Below, one piece after another: positions 48,958-58,020 of a stretch of DNA of 64,000 nucleotides. Position numbers and translations under genes: made by a program. Position 1 is the stretch's first letter. The number at the start of each line of letters is the position of its first letter. The DNA is taken from assembly GCA_963792415.1 (NCBI GenBank), contig CAWBVY010000009.1:76629-140628 (forward strand). The letters are read 5' to 3'. Source of the DNA: Candidatus Deferrimicrobiaceae bacterium. Lineage in GTDB: Bacteria > Desulfobacterota > Deferrimicrobia > Deferrimicrobiales > Deferrimicrobiaceae. The notes beneath the pieces were generated by a model, which was not told where the DNA came from, did not search any database, and was given only the letters and a program-made list of their open reading frames with translations.

Positions 48958-50277
48958 TCAAAACGTCCCGGACTCCGACAGTCGACGGTACTCCTCCTCC
49001 GTCATCCCGAGGATTCCGAGGTACACGTCCCGGTTGTCCGACCCCGGGGGCCGGCACCCCGACTTCCACCGTGCCGGGGTCCCGCTCATCTTCCAGGGCG
49101 GGGCGGCGAGCAGCAGATCGCCGTAGACAGGGTCCCGGGCGCGCAGGAAGCACCCTCTCTCCCGCCAATGCTCCTCGGAGAGCGTCTCGAGTGGGCGGTT
49201 CACCCGCCCCGTGACCACGGCGGCTCCGGGACCGCCCCGCTTCGAGGTGTACTCCTCCACCGTCCTGAGGATCTCGTCGGCCGTGCGGTCGCAGGACCAC
49301 TCCTCGAGGATCGAAAGGAGCGCCCGTTCGTTCTCGAGGGCGACCCGGCGCTTCGGCGTGGAGAACCGCGGATCGCGGGCCACTTCCGGACGGCCGATGA
49401 TGTGCATCAGCGAATCGAACGCCTCGTCGTTATAGGCGGCGAGGAAGGTGTAGCCGTCCCGGCAGCGGATGTAGGTGTACGGGAAGACGGCGGGGTCGAA
49501 GTTCCCGACCCGCTGGCGCGCCTTTCCCCCCGTGTGCATCCAGGTGATGTTGTAGTCCGCGAACATCATCAACGACTCGGCGCCCGAGAGGTCCACGACC
49601 TGGCCCTTCCCGGTCTCCGCGCGGAAATGCAGCGCCGCGAGAACCCCGTAGGCTCCCCACAGCCCCTGGACGAACGCCCCGTGCCAGTTGCCGAGGCGGG
49701 TCGGGGCCTCGTGCGGCAGCGGTGTGCCGTCCTCCCGCTCCGGCTCCCCGACGATGTGCGGGGCGCCGGAGAGCGCCTGGCAGAGGATGTCGCTGTCCCG
49801 CACGGGACGGGAGGCGTCGGGACCGAACGCGCCGTAGGTGGAGAGGGAAAGATAGACGATCCCCGGGCGCTCCCCGCGCAGGGAGAGGTAGTCGCACCGC
49901 ATCGCCTCCATGCGCTCCGGCGGCTCCGTCGTTATGATCACGTCCGCGGAGAGGGCAAGGCGCCGGAAGACGTCCCGCCCGGCGGGGTCGTCGGCGTCGA
50001 GGGTGACGAAGCGTCGGTTGCGCGCCTCGGAGAGGAAAGGGAGCCCCGTCCCGGCCACCAGGATCTCCTCGGGGGCCACGAGGCGGAGCGGATCGCCATC
50101 CGGAGGCTCCACCTTGATCGTTTCCGCGCCGAATTCCGCCAGGACCGAGGCGGCCACCATCCCCCCGAAGTGGCCGGGGCAGAATTCCAGGACCCGGATT
50201 CCTTCGAGCGCCTCGGGCTTCCCCGCCGCGGACGAAGGCTCCGTCGCCTCCCGCACCCACGCCGTGAAACCGCTCAT
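48958..50277 (-). CDS. Class III CoA-transferase subunit (CaiB/BaiF), apparently lacking the catalytic Asp
   Basis: LEGIRVLE, FGAETIKVEPPDGDPLR; GNWHGAF at the usual Asp position. Confidence 0.88.
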   Translation of the reverse strand: MSGFTAWVREATEPSSAAGKPEALEGIRVLEFCPGHFGGMVAASVLAEFGAETIKVEPPDGDPLRLVAPEEILVAGTGLPFLSEARNRRFVTLDADDPAGRDVFRRLALSADVIITTEPPERMEAMRCDYLSLRGERPGIVYLSLSTYGAFGPDASRPVRDSDILCQALSGAPHIVGEPEREDGTPLPHEAPTRLGNWHGAFVQGLWGAYGVLAALHFRAETGKGQVVDLSGAESLMMFADYNITWMHTGGKARQRVGNFDPAVFPYTYIRCRDGYTFLAAYNDEAFDSLMHIIGRPEVARDPRFSTPKRRVALENERALLSILEEWSCDRTADEILRTVEEYTSKRGGPGAAVVTGRVNRPLETLSEEHWRERGCFLRARDPVYGDLLLAAPPWKMSGTPARWKSGCRPPGSDNRDVYLGILGMTEEEYRRLSESGTF

Positions 50278-51557
50278 GGCGCGCTTCCGCCCGGCGGCCG
50301 GGCGCCGGGGATGTCTGCCCACTTCCCGATCACCTTCTTCCGGGAGAGCGCCTCCATCTCCTCAGCGGTCATCCCCAGCAGATCCCCGAAGACCCGCTCG
50401 TTGTGCCAGCCCACCGGTTTCGCGCTCCACTTGACCCTCCCCGGGCTCTCCGAGAGCTTCGGCGCCGGCCCGTACTCGTCCACGCGCCCGTAGAGGGGAT
50501 CGTCCACCGAACAGACCGTTCCGCGGGCCCGCAGGTGCGGGTCGTGGTAATGATCCTTCCCTCCCCGCACCGGCGCCGCCGAGAATCCGGCGTCTTCCGC
50601 GATGCGCACGACCTCGTCGACCCTCCGGGAGGCGCAAAACCCCGCGACGAGTTCCGGCGTGGCGACACGCATCTCCTCCGGATCGGTGGCCCCGAGTGCG
50701 TGCGCGAGAGGGATCAACTCCTCCTCGTCCCGCGCCGAGACCGCCACGAACCCGTCGCGGCAGCGGTAGATTCCGGAGGGGGGGTACGAGGGATCGACGT
50801 TTCCGTTCCGCGCGCGGTCCTTTCCCGTCAACCCGGCGTACGGCCACGTCCAGTCCAGCGTGCGGATCATCGCCTCGGCCTGGGAAAGGTCGATCATCTG
50901 CCCTTCGCCGGTCTTCCGGCGCGCGGCAAGGGCGGCGAGGATCGCGGTGGCGGACATCAACGCCGCCGTGTAGTCCCCGACCCAGAACCCCGCCTTCATC
51001 GGGGGCTGGTCCGGAAACCCCGTGACGGCGGAGAAACCGGAAACGGCCTGGGCGGTCGCGTCGTACGACGCCCTCCCCGCCGAGAACGGCCCCCATTGCC
51101 CGAACCCCGAGTTGGCGGCGTAGACGATCCGGGGATTCCGCTCGCGAAGCTGGAGGTACCCGACGCCCCACGCGTCCATCGTTCCGGCGCGGAGATTCTC
51201 CAGAACCACATCGGACCGCTCGGCGAGCCGAAGGAAGAGCTCCTTCCCCTCGGCCGGGTGCAGGTCGAGCCCCACGTGGAGCTTGTTCCGGTTCAGGGGG
51301 AGGAAGGCCGGCGACACCTCCTTCCAGAAGAACCCTTCGGGCGCCACGTATCGCATCAGGTCGCCGCGGGGGGGCATCTCGATCTTGATCACCTCGGCGC
51401 CGAAGAGCCCGAGGTAGTCCGTGGTCGCCGGCCCGAAGATCCGCGTCGCCACCTCCAGGACGCGCACCCCTGCGAGCGCCTCGGGCTTCCCCGGGGTCGC
51501 CGCGGGGTCGAAGGCCAGCGAAGCGAAGGCCCGGAAACTCCCCGGGTCAGACGGCAA
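50274..51557 (-). CDS. Class III CoA-transferase subunit (CaiB/BaiF)
   Basis: GAEVIKIE..GD, NRNK, ENLRAG, GFGQWGP, WVGDY. Confidence 0.92.
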   Translation of the reverse strand: MPSDPGSFRAFASLAFDPAATPGKPEALAGVRVLEVATRIFGPATTDYLGLFGAEVIKIEMPPRGDLMRYVAPEGFFWKEVSPAFLPLNRNKLHVGLDLHPAEGKELFLRLAERSDVVLENLRAGTMDAWGVGYLQLRERNPRIVYAANSGFGQWGPFSAGRASYDATAQAVSGFSAVTGFPDQPPMKAGFWVGDYTAALMSATAILAALAARRKTGEGQMIDLSQAEAMIRTLDWTWPYAGLTGKDRARNGNVDPSYPPSGIYRCRDGFVAVSARDEEELIPLAHALGATDPEEMRVATPELVAGFCASRRVDEVVRIAEDAGFSAAPVRGGKDHYHDPHLRARGTVCSVDDPLYGRVDEYGPAPKLSESPGRVKWSAKPVGWHNERVFGDLLGMTAEEMEALSRKKVIGKWADIPGARPPGGSAP

Positions 51558-51963
51558 GGTCCTTTTCCCTGATCCGGGGAGGGACGATGACCGCCTCGCC
51601 GTCGATCACCAGGACCTTGTCCTGGTTGAAGCACCGTGTTTTCAGGCGAAGTCGTCTCTCCGAGATCACCTCCACGATCTCCACGCGCGCGGTGATCTCG
51701 TCGCCCAGGAAGACGGGCGCCTTGAACTCGAGGGTCTGCGACAGGTAGAGGCACCCCGGCCCCGGCAGCTTCATCCCGATCGCCGCGGAGATCGTCCCCG
51801 CCGTGAGGAGACCGTGCGCGATCCGCTCCTTGAAGCGGGTCTTCGCCGCGAACTCCTTCGAGGTGTGGACGGGATTGCGGTCCCCCGTGAGCCCGGCGAA
51901 CTGCAAGACGTCCTTCTCGGAGAAGACCTTCGTGAACTCGGCGGAATCTCCCACGTTGTACAT
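51547..51963 (-). CDS. MaoC family (R)-hydratase
   Basis: FAGLTGDRNPVH, IAHG, LPGPG. Confidence 0.93.
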   Translation of the reverse strand: MYNVGDSAEFTKVFSEKDVLQFAGLTGDRNPVHTSKEFAAKTRFKERIAHGLLTAGTISAAIGMKLPGPGCLYLSQTLEFKAPVFLGDEITARVEIVEVISERRLRLKTRCFNQDKVLVIDGEAVIVPPRIREKDLAV

Positions 51964-52123
51964 CCGGGCCTCCTCGGGGGGATATCGGTCGATGCTACAA
52001 CAAACCGTGTTCGCGCAATAGCGGCGCCGGGAAGAATCAGGGGAATCCTCGTCCCATTTTACGACGATCCGGGGATGCGCCCCCCGGCTATAATGGCGGG
52101 AACGGTTCCGGGGAGGGACGACG

Positions 52124-52621
52124 ATGCGGTCGCGCGGGGAGAGCGAGGTGCGGGCGTTTTTCGAGTCCGCCGGTGTCACGAAGGAGATCCACCGCTTCGA
52201 GGAGTCGACCCACAACTCGGAGCTTGCCGCCCGCACGCTCGGCGTCCAGGTGGGCCAGATCGCAAAGACGATCCTGCTGCTCTCCGAGGAAACGGCGATC
52301 GTCGTCGTGATCTCCGGGGATCGCCGGGTGGACACGAAGAAGGTCCGCGCGCTCGGATACGGGAAGAGGGTCCGACTGGCGGGGCCGGACGACGTGGTCG
52401 CCCGCACGGGGTTCGCCGTCGGGGCCGTTTCCCCGGTGGCGCTGCCCGACGGGGTGCCGGTCTACATCGACCGCTCCCTGCGCCGGTTCGACACGATCTA
52501 CCCCGCCGCGGGGGAGACGAACAACATGTTCGTGACCACCCCCGACGAACTGCTCGCTCTCACCGGGGGGACCGAGACCGACCTGGCCCGCGACGAGGGG
52601 ATGCCCGGACAGGTCCCGTAA
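52124..52621 (+). CDS. YbaK/EbsC aminoacyl-tRNA deacylase family
   Basis: QIAKT, TGFAVGAVSPV, YPAAG. Confidence 0.92.
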   Translation: MRSRGESEVRAFFESAGVTKEIHRFEESTHNSELAARTLGVQVGQIAKTILLLSEETAIVVVISGDRRVDTKKVRALGYGKRVRLAGPDDVVARTGFAVGAVSPVALPDGVPVYIDRSLRRFDTIYPAAGETNNMFVTTPDELLALTGGTETDLARDEGMPGQVP

Positions 52622-53817
52622 CCCTCGAAATCCCGCCGTCGATCCGCGTGGCGCCCCGTGATGGACGCGACCGGCCGCTGCCGGGAGGAAACGCTTTCTC
52701 GTCGCCTTCGTCTGGACACGAAGCTCATCGACGCGGTTTGTCCGCGTCCGTCGACGCGCTTGCTTCGAGGAGTATTCTCGTCCCGGTCCGACGCACCGGC
52801 AGCCTGTTCCAGAACCTTGAGGCGTTCGCGGCCCTCCGCGATTCGCTTTTTGATCTGTTCCTTGCCTTCTTCAGGCGCATCCTTCAGCGACGACTCAAGT
52901 TTTTCAATCGTGGCAATCCATTCCTTTCTCTCTTTCTCCTTCTGTTCCGCCTGCTCGGCCTTGTCAAACACAATATCCTCTGCGATAACCGCCGTTTCTT
53001 GCGATTCCTCTTGGGTTGCAGTGGGAATGATCTTCTTGTCATCGGCAAGCCTGCGCTGGTTCATATACGATGGCGACATGATTTCGACGCCATGTCCATG
53101 CAAGGCGTCCAGAACACTTCGGGAAAGATTTGATCGTGCGGTAATCAGCCATTTCACCTCCTTCAGGAAACCGGAGATGCGGTACGTGACCGAATGATTC
53201 CCCAATTCGAGGATGTGAACGAACGGTTCCTCGAGACCGCATTCCTGCGCTGCCTTCACAAGAAAACATTCGATCTTGGAGTGATGAACGTCGTAGCCCA
53301 ATGACAGCGTAAGCGAGATGATGGTCCCCGAGCTGCGGATCGTAGTGACAGGATGGCTGATCAGGTACGTATTCGGAATGTGGACGAGTTCTCGACTCTC
53401 CGATTGAATTTCCGTATCGAACAACCCCCTTTCGGAAACACGACCAAAATGGTCGCCGACGCGAATGAAATCACCGATGTTAAAAGATTTTGTCACGCGA
53501 AGAAGAATTCCGGCCATCAGGTTCGCGACGACCGTTGTCGACGAGAACGCGAGGACTCCCGAAGCAAGAAGGCCGATCAGACCGATCAGCCCGTTGCGGG
53601 AGCTTTCGCTTATGGGCAAGGAAAGGACGATTGCCACCAGGCAGACCAGGGTCAGCCCGAGCATGACGATCTGACGAGGGAACTTGCGCTCCTTGCCCAG
53701 GTCCGCGTGGCGCGCGATCAGAAACCAGTGCGCTCCCCACAGAATCGCGCCCGACGCGATCGCAGCGCCCAGAAGAGGCAGATACGGGGAGACCGACTCC
53801 ATCGCCCTACTCCTCAT
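52498..53817 (-). CDS. MscS family mechanosensitive channel (C-terminus reads through into ybaK)
   Basis: ANLMAG..FNIGDFIRV..G.V, IPN; coiled coil; lower GC. Confidence 0.85.
   Translation of the reverse strand: MRSRAMESVSPYLPLLGAAIASGAILWGAHWFLIARHADLGKERKFPRQIVMLGLTLVCLVAIVLSLPISESSRNGLIGLIGLLASGVLAFSSTTVVANLMAGILLRVTKSFNIGDFIRVGDHFGRVSERGLFDTEIQSESRELVHIPNTYLISHPVTTIRSSGTIISLTLSLGYDVHHSKIECFLVKAAQECGLEEPFVHILELGNHSVTYRISGFLKEVKWLITARSNLSRSVLDALHGHGVEIMSPSYMNQRRLADDKKIIPTATQEESQETAVIAEDIVFDKAEQAEQKEKERKEWIATIEKLESSLKDAPEEGKEQIKKRIAEGRERLKVLEQAAGASDRDENTPRSKRVDGRGQTASMSFVSRRRRRESVSSRQRPVASITGRHADRRRDFEGYGTCPGIPSSRARSVSVPPVRASSSSGVVTNMLFVSPAAG
52648..52679 (-). repeat. Degenerate copy of the tRNA-Arg 3' end (possible att scar)
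   Basis: 18/23 match to 53969-53991, then ccggccgct after a 4-nt gap. Confidence 0.55.
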
Positions 53818-53969
53818 CCGCGGGAACGCTACCCGCTATATTCCGCGGGCAGACGTTCTACGGGAGTTGCCCTGTTTCTGCAATGATATCTTAAAGCGTG
53901 CGGATGTGGCGACGCTCTTTCGGCGGCGGCTCGCGTTCGAATCCCCCGGATGTCGCGATGGGAAAAGAG

Positions 53970-54046
53970 TGGCGCGCCCTGAGGGATTCGAACCCCCGGC
54001 CGCTTGATCCGAAGTCAAGCGCTCTATCCAGCTGAGCTAAGGGCGC
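53970..54046 (-). tRNA. tRNA-Arg(UCG)
   Basis: Acceptor GCGCCCT/AGGGCGC-G-CCA; anticodon arm CTTGA-CTTCGGA-TCAAG; GTTCGAATC. Confidence 0.96.
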
Positions 54047-54062
54047 GTCCGAGAGGAAAGTC

Positions 54063-54091
54063 ATCGTACTATAAAGGAAATCCAGCGTCAA
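54063..54091 (-). promoter_or_regulatory. Sigma70 promoter of tRNA-Arg
   Basis: TTGACG-17-TACGAT. Confidence 0.85.
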
Positions 54092-54132
54092 CACCACCCT
54101 CGGAAATCCCCCTTTTCGGCCCGAAAAAGCGA

Positions 54133-54160
54133 GTTGTTTGCACGGGGTTTGCGGTCCGTG
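54133..54160. repeat. 28-bp motif, copy 1 of 4
   Basis: gttgtttgcacggggtttgcggtccgtg. Confidence 0.95.
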
Positions 54161-54337
54161 TGGTTCCCTGAAAAGCATTAACACATCTCAGACCGGTGAA
54201 AGGGGGGCAGGCCAATAGCAGTATTCACATATTCGGATTATACTATCGATCAATCACCGTGGATCCCGGAAGGGAGCGAGGGCACGCTTTTTGTGAGAGG
54301 AGGTCCAACCATGATGATGAACAGGAAAGGAGAAAAC

Positions 54338-55318
54338 ATGAAGAAGCTCATCATCGGCCTGGTCGCGGTGGCTTTGGTCTTCGGGGCAGCGGGCATCGCA
54401 GGGGCCGCCTCGCAGGACAAGTACGGGCTTCCGGAGCCCTACCTGGCATGGGAGAAGGACTATCTCAAGGAATTTCCGGAGCTTCAAGGCCTCATGGACA
54501 TCATGATCGGCACAACGGTCGCGCAGCTCAAGGACCCCGCGGCCGACATTCTTCACAACCGGGTCTGCTCCGCACTGGCCTACGAGATGTCAAAGAAGCT
54601 GTCCGAGTCGAATCGGAAGCTGGCGGTGGTTACGGACATCCTTCACAACATCAGCAAGGAGGACAAGGCGGCCGTCCTTACGAACCCCGAAATGCTCGCG
54701 AAAGCCACCGGGATGGTCTCGAAGCTGAAGAAGGCGGGATCCTTCAAGAATTCTCCCGGGTTCTGGGGTGATGAGGCCGTGTTGAAAAACCCGAAGGTCG
54801 GCGGCAGCCTCGGCCTCATCCACCACATCACGGGCGCTCTAACGGCCGGTGAGATCGCGGCCAGGGAAAAGTTCTCAGCGAAAGACGTCGACATGATCCA
54901 GGTGGCCGTCCTGGAGCATTCGACCGGATACTGGTATTTCCGGGATTCCGTGGACGCTGCGGCGGGCCGGAAGGGCGCCTGGCAGGTCATCTATCCGGAG
55001 CCGGAAAACGAGATCGCCAAGATCGCCCACGATGCCGACCTGATCTCCCAGTTCGTCTACGAGTCCGTGGTGCCCGACGGTAGCAAGTGGAGGGTGCTCG
55101 CGCAGAAGCGCTGGAAGGCGAAGGACACGAAGGAGGAGGGCCACATCGTCTACTACGTGTTCCTCCGTCTATTCGAGGAGGCCAAGACGGAGAAAGGGAA
55201 GGAACTGGCGAAGGAGCAATGGGAGAAGATCCGGCCCGAACTGGTGAAACTGATGGGCCTCAAGCCCGGCGATGATCCCATCAAGGTACTGGGGGTACCG
55301 AAAATCTTCCAGTCATAG
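54338..55318 (+). CDS. Exported HD-superfamily-like protein
   Basis: Signal peptide; H...ILHNISK...HH..GA...EH...HDAD. Confidence 0.75.
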   Translation: MKKLIIGLVAVALVFGAAGIAGAASQDKYGLPEPYLAWEKDYLKEFPELQGLMDIMIGTTVAQLKDPAADILHNRVCSALAYEMSKKLSESNRKLAVVTDILHNISKEDKAAVLTNPEMLAKATGMVSKLKKAGSFKNSPGFWGDEAVLKNPKVGGSLGLIHHITGALTAGEIAAREKFSAKDVDMIQVAVLEHSTGYWYFRDSVDAAAGRKGAWQVIYPEPENEIAKIAHDADLISQFVYESVVPDGSKWRVLAQKRWKAKDTKEEGHIVYYVFLRLFEEAKTEKGKELAKEQWEKIRPELVKLMGLKPGDDPIKVLGVPKIFQS

Positions 55319-55424
55319 GAGGTGAGAAGTTCGGTGCAGACTGATCGATTGAGAACCGCCCGGTGCGATCGATCTTCGAGGGAATGAAAAGTAACCGGGT
55401 GGAGGAAGCTTGTCGGCCCCGATG

Positions 55425-55451
55425 GAAGCAACCACCGGGGCCTTATTTTTT
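55425..55451 (+). terminator. Rho-independent terminator
   Basis: ggcccc(55416)...ggggcc followed by ttatttttt. Confidence 0.6.
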
Positions 55452-55517
55452 CATTCGGGCCGCTCTTCTTAAAAAAGAGAACCCGGCGTAAAGCCCGATT
55501 CCCTTTAAGGATTATGA

Positions 55518-55574
55518 TGGTGTCGAAGGGAGGACTCGAACCCCACGGGTTTCCCTGCCACACGTTCAAGATGC
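55518..55574 (-). pseudogene. tRNA-Leu-like 3' fragment
   Basis: Variable arm GGGAAACCC, GGTTCGAGTCC, ends CTTCGACACCA. Confidence 0.7.
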
Positions 55575-55589
55575 AGGAGTTTGACGATG

Positions 55590-55645
55590 AGTCAAGCGCT
55601 CTATCCAGCTGAGCTAAGGGCGCGTCCGTGAGGAAATCATCATAC
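55590..55645 (-). pseudogene. tRNA-Arg 5' half plus leader and -10 copy
   Basis: Identical to 54013-54051, then a slightly diverged leader. Confidence 0.92.
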
Positions 55646-55798
55646 CAGGCGTAGCGTGTTGACGGTGGAAACCCCTGATGCGATTGGGAAGATTCATGGG
55701 GGAAGGCCAAAGTAGAACGGTCGAAACCTCCCCCGGCGGGGCGTGCATCTAAGGCGTAATTTCAGGCGCAATACACGATACCGGGGAGGAAACGGGCC

Positions 55799-57658
55799 GT
55801 GGACAAGACCCGCTTTAATTACCTGTACGTATTCCTTGCGATGCTGGGAGTCCTCCTCCTCCACGACGCTATCGTGCGGTTCCAGCAGGTGGCGCCCATA
55901 CCATACAGTGACTTTCAGCGGCTGCTCCGGGAGGGAAAGGTCAAGGAAGTCGTCGTTACGGCCGACCGGATCCAGGGCGAACTCAAGGAACCCGAAGGGG
56001 GAAAGAAACGGTTCGTCACGAACCGGGTAGAGCAGGACCTCGTGGCCGAACTCTCCCGCCACGACGTCAAGTTCACCGGGCACCTCGAGAGCACCTGGCT
56101 CCCCGCGCTGCTTTCCTGGATCGTCCCCGTCGCGCTCTTCGCCGGGATCTGGATCTGGATGTCGCGCCGCATGGCGGGCCGCATAGGGGCGGACGGGCTC
56201 ATGTCCATCGGGAAGAGCAAGGCGAAGGTATTCGTCGAGACAGACACGAAGGTGACCTTCGCCGACGTCGCCGGCGTGGACGAGGCGAAGCAGGAGCTTC
56301 AGGAGATCGTAACCTTCCTCAAGGACCCCGGCCAGTATGGCCGCCTGGGCGCGAGGATGCCGAAGGGGATCCTCCTCGTGGGGCCACCGGGGACGGGGAA
56401 GACCCTGCTGGCGCGCGCCGTTGCGGGGGAGGCGGGGGTCCCGTTCTTCTCGATCAGCGGCTCGGAGTTCGTCGAGATGTTCGTCGGCGTCGGCGCGGCG
56501 CGGGTTCGGGATCTGTTCGAGCAGGCGCGGAGCAAGTCGCCCTGCATCATCTTCATCGACGAACTCGACGCCCTCGGGAAGGCCAGGACCGCCGGGCCGC
56601 TTTCGGGGGGGCACGACGAGAAGGAACAGACGCTGAACCAGCTCCTGGTGGAGTTGGACGGATTCGACCCGGCGAGCGGCATCGTCCTGCTGGCGGCGTC
56701 GAACCGGCCGGAGATTCTCGACCCGGCGCTCCTCCGTGCGGGGCGCTTCGACCGGCAGGTGCTGGTCGACCGGCCGGACCGGGCGGGCCGTTCGGCGATC
56801 CTGAAGGTTCACATGCGGAAGGCGACGATGGGTCCGGACGTCGACCCCGATGCCGTCGCAGGGCTCACCCCGGGCTTCACCGGGGCGGACCTCGCCAACC
56901 TCGTGAACGAGGCGGCCCTCGCCGCGACCCGCCGCGGGGGGGAGACCGTGTCGATGGCCGACTTCACTGCCGCCCTGGAGCGGATCATCGCCGGGCTCGA
57001 GAAGCGAAACCGAGTCCTCAACCCTCGCGAGCGGGAGATCGTGGCGTACCACGAGATGGGGCACGCCCTCGTGGCCGCCGGGATCCCTGGCTCCGACAAG
57101 GTACACAAGGTGTCCATCATCCCCCGGGGGATCGGTGCGTTGGGATACACGATCCATCGCCCGACGGAGGACCGGTACCTAATGACGAAGGAGGAGCTCG
57201 GGAACAAGATGGCCGTCCTTCTTGGCGGGAGGGCCGCGGAATGCCTGGTCTTCGGCCACCTGTCGACCGGCGCGGCCGACGATCTCTCCCGGACGACCGG
57301 CATCGCCCGGGCGATGGTCACCCGGTACGCGATGGTGCCACTGCTCGGGAACGTCGCCTTCGAGGCGGAGTCCGGGGGTTTCCTCGGGGGGCGGCCCGGC
57401 GGCCTCTTCGAGCGGACGTACAGTGAGCAGACGGCCCGGGAGATCGACTGCGCCGTGCGGGACATCGTGGAAGAAGCGTTCCGAAAAGCCCGCGGTGTCC
57501 TCGAGAGGAACCGGGCGCTGCTGGAGGAAGGATCCCGGCTTCTACTCGAGAAGGAGACCCTGAGCGAGAGCGACCTGGAGCGACTGTTCGGGAAAGGGAT
57601 CGTACCTCCTGAGCCGGTCGCGGAGAAGCCGTATGCAGGAACCGCCGGCTCCGCCTGA
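55799..57658 (+). CDS. ftsH: ATP-dependent zinc metalloprotease FtsH paralog
   Basis: [27 protein letters not shown]. Confidence 0.96.
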   Translation: MDKTRFNYLYVFLAMLGVLLLHDAIVRFQQVAPIPYSDFQRLLREGKVKEVVVTADRIQGELKEPEGGKKRFVTNRVEQDLVAELSRHDVKFTGHLESTWLPALLSWIVPVALFAGIWIWMSRRMAGRIGADGLMSIGKSKAKVFVETDTKVTFADVAGVDEAKQELQEIVTFLKDPGQYGRLGARMPKGILLVGPPGTGKTLLARAVAGEAGVPFFSISGSEFVEMFVGVGAARVRDLFEQARSKSPCIIFIDELDALGKARTAGPLSGGHDEKEQTLNQLLVELDGFDPASGIVLLAASNRPEILDPALLRAGRFDRQVLVDRPDRAGRSAILKVHMRKATMGPDVDPDAVAGLTPGFTGADLANLVNEAALAATRRGGETVSMADFTAALERIIAGLEKRNRVLNPREREIVAYHEMGHALVAAGIPGSDKVHKVSIIPRGIGALGYTIHRPTEDRYLMTKEELGNKMAVLLGGRAAECLVFGHLSTGAADDLSRTTGIARAMVTRYAMVPLLGNVAFEAESGGFLGGRPGGLFERTYSEQTAREIDCAVRDIVEEAFRKARGVLERNRALLEEGSRLLLEKETLSESDLERLFGKGIVPPEPVAEKPYAGTAGSA

Positions 57659-57698
57659 AGTGCGGCGGCGGAAACCGTCAGGAGAAAGGAGTTCGGCG

Positions 57699-58011
57699 AG
57701 GCCCATCAAGCCGACCGAAAAGGAAGAGGAGTATTTCGTGCGGATGGAATTCGAGCGCAAGAAGAAGATCGAAATGGAGCATCAGGAGAAGCTCGCAGCG
57801 AAGGAAAAGGAGCGGCTCAAGAAGCTCCACCACATGAAGTGCCCCAAGTGCGGCATTGAACCTCGTGGAGATCGAGTACCATTCGATCAGGGTGGACCGG
57901 TGCTCGGCGTGCGAGGGGGTATGGCTCGACAAGGGGGAGCTGAAAGCGGTGACGGATCTGGACAAGTCGTTTCTGGACAAGCTGTATTCCGTCTTCCGCA
58001 CGGAGGCCTAA
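57699..58011 (+). pseudogene. zf-TFIIB domain protein, frameshifted and start lost
   Basis: EEEYF..CPKCG in one frame, VDRCSACEGVWLDKGEL in another (extra T in ggcattgaac); AGG where ATG is expected after AGGAG. Confidence 0.8.
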
Positions 58012-58020
58012 GAGACCCGG

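Noticed and set aside
52620-52634. accctcgaaatccc similar to 54097-54111
   Set aside because: Short, gapped match that could be chance.
54133-54160. 28-bp motif as a c-di-GMP riboswitch or sigma54 promoter
   Set aside because: It lacks the two-stem GEMM architecture, the invariant -24 GG is TG, and orientation relative to downstream genes is inconsistent.
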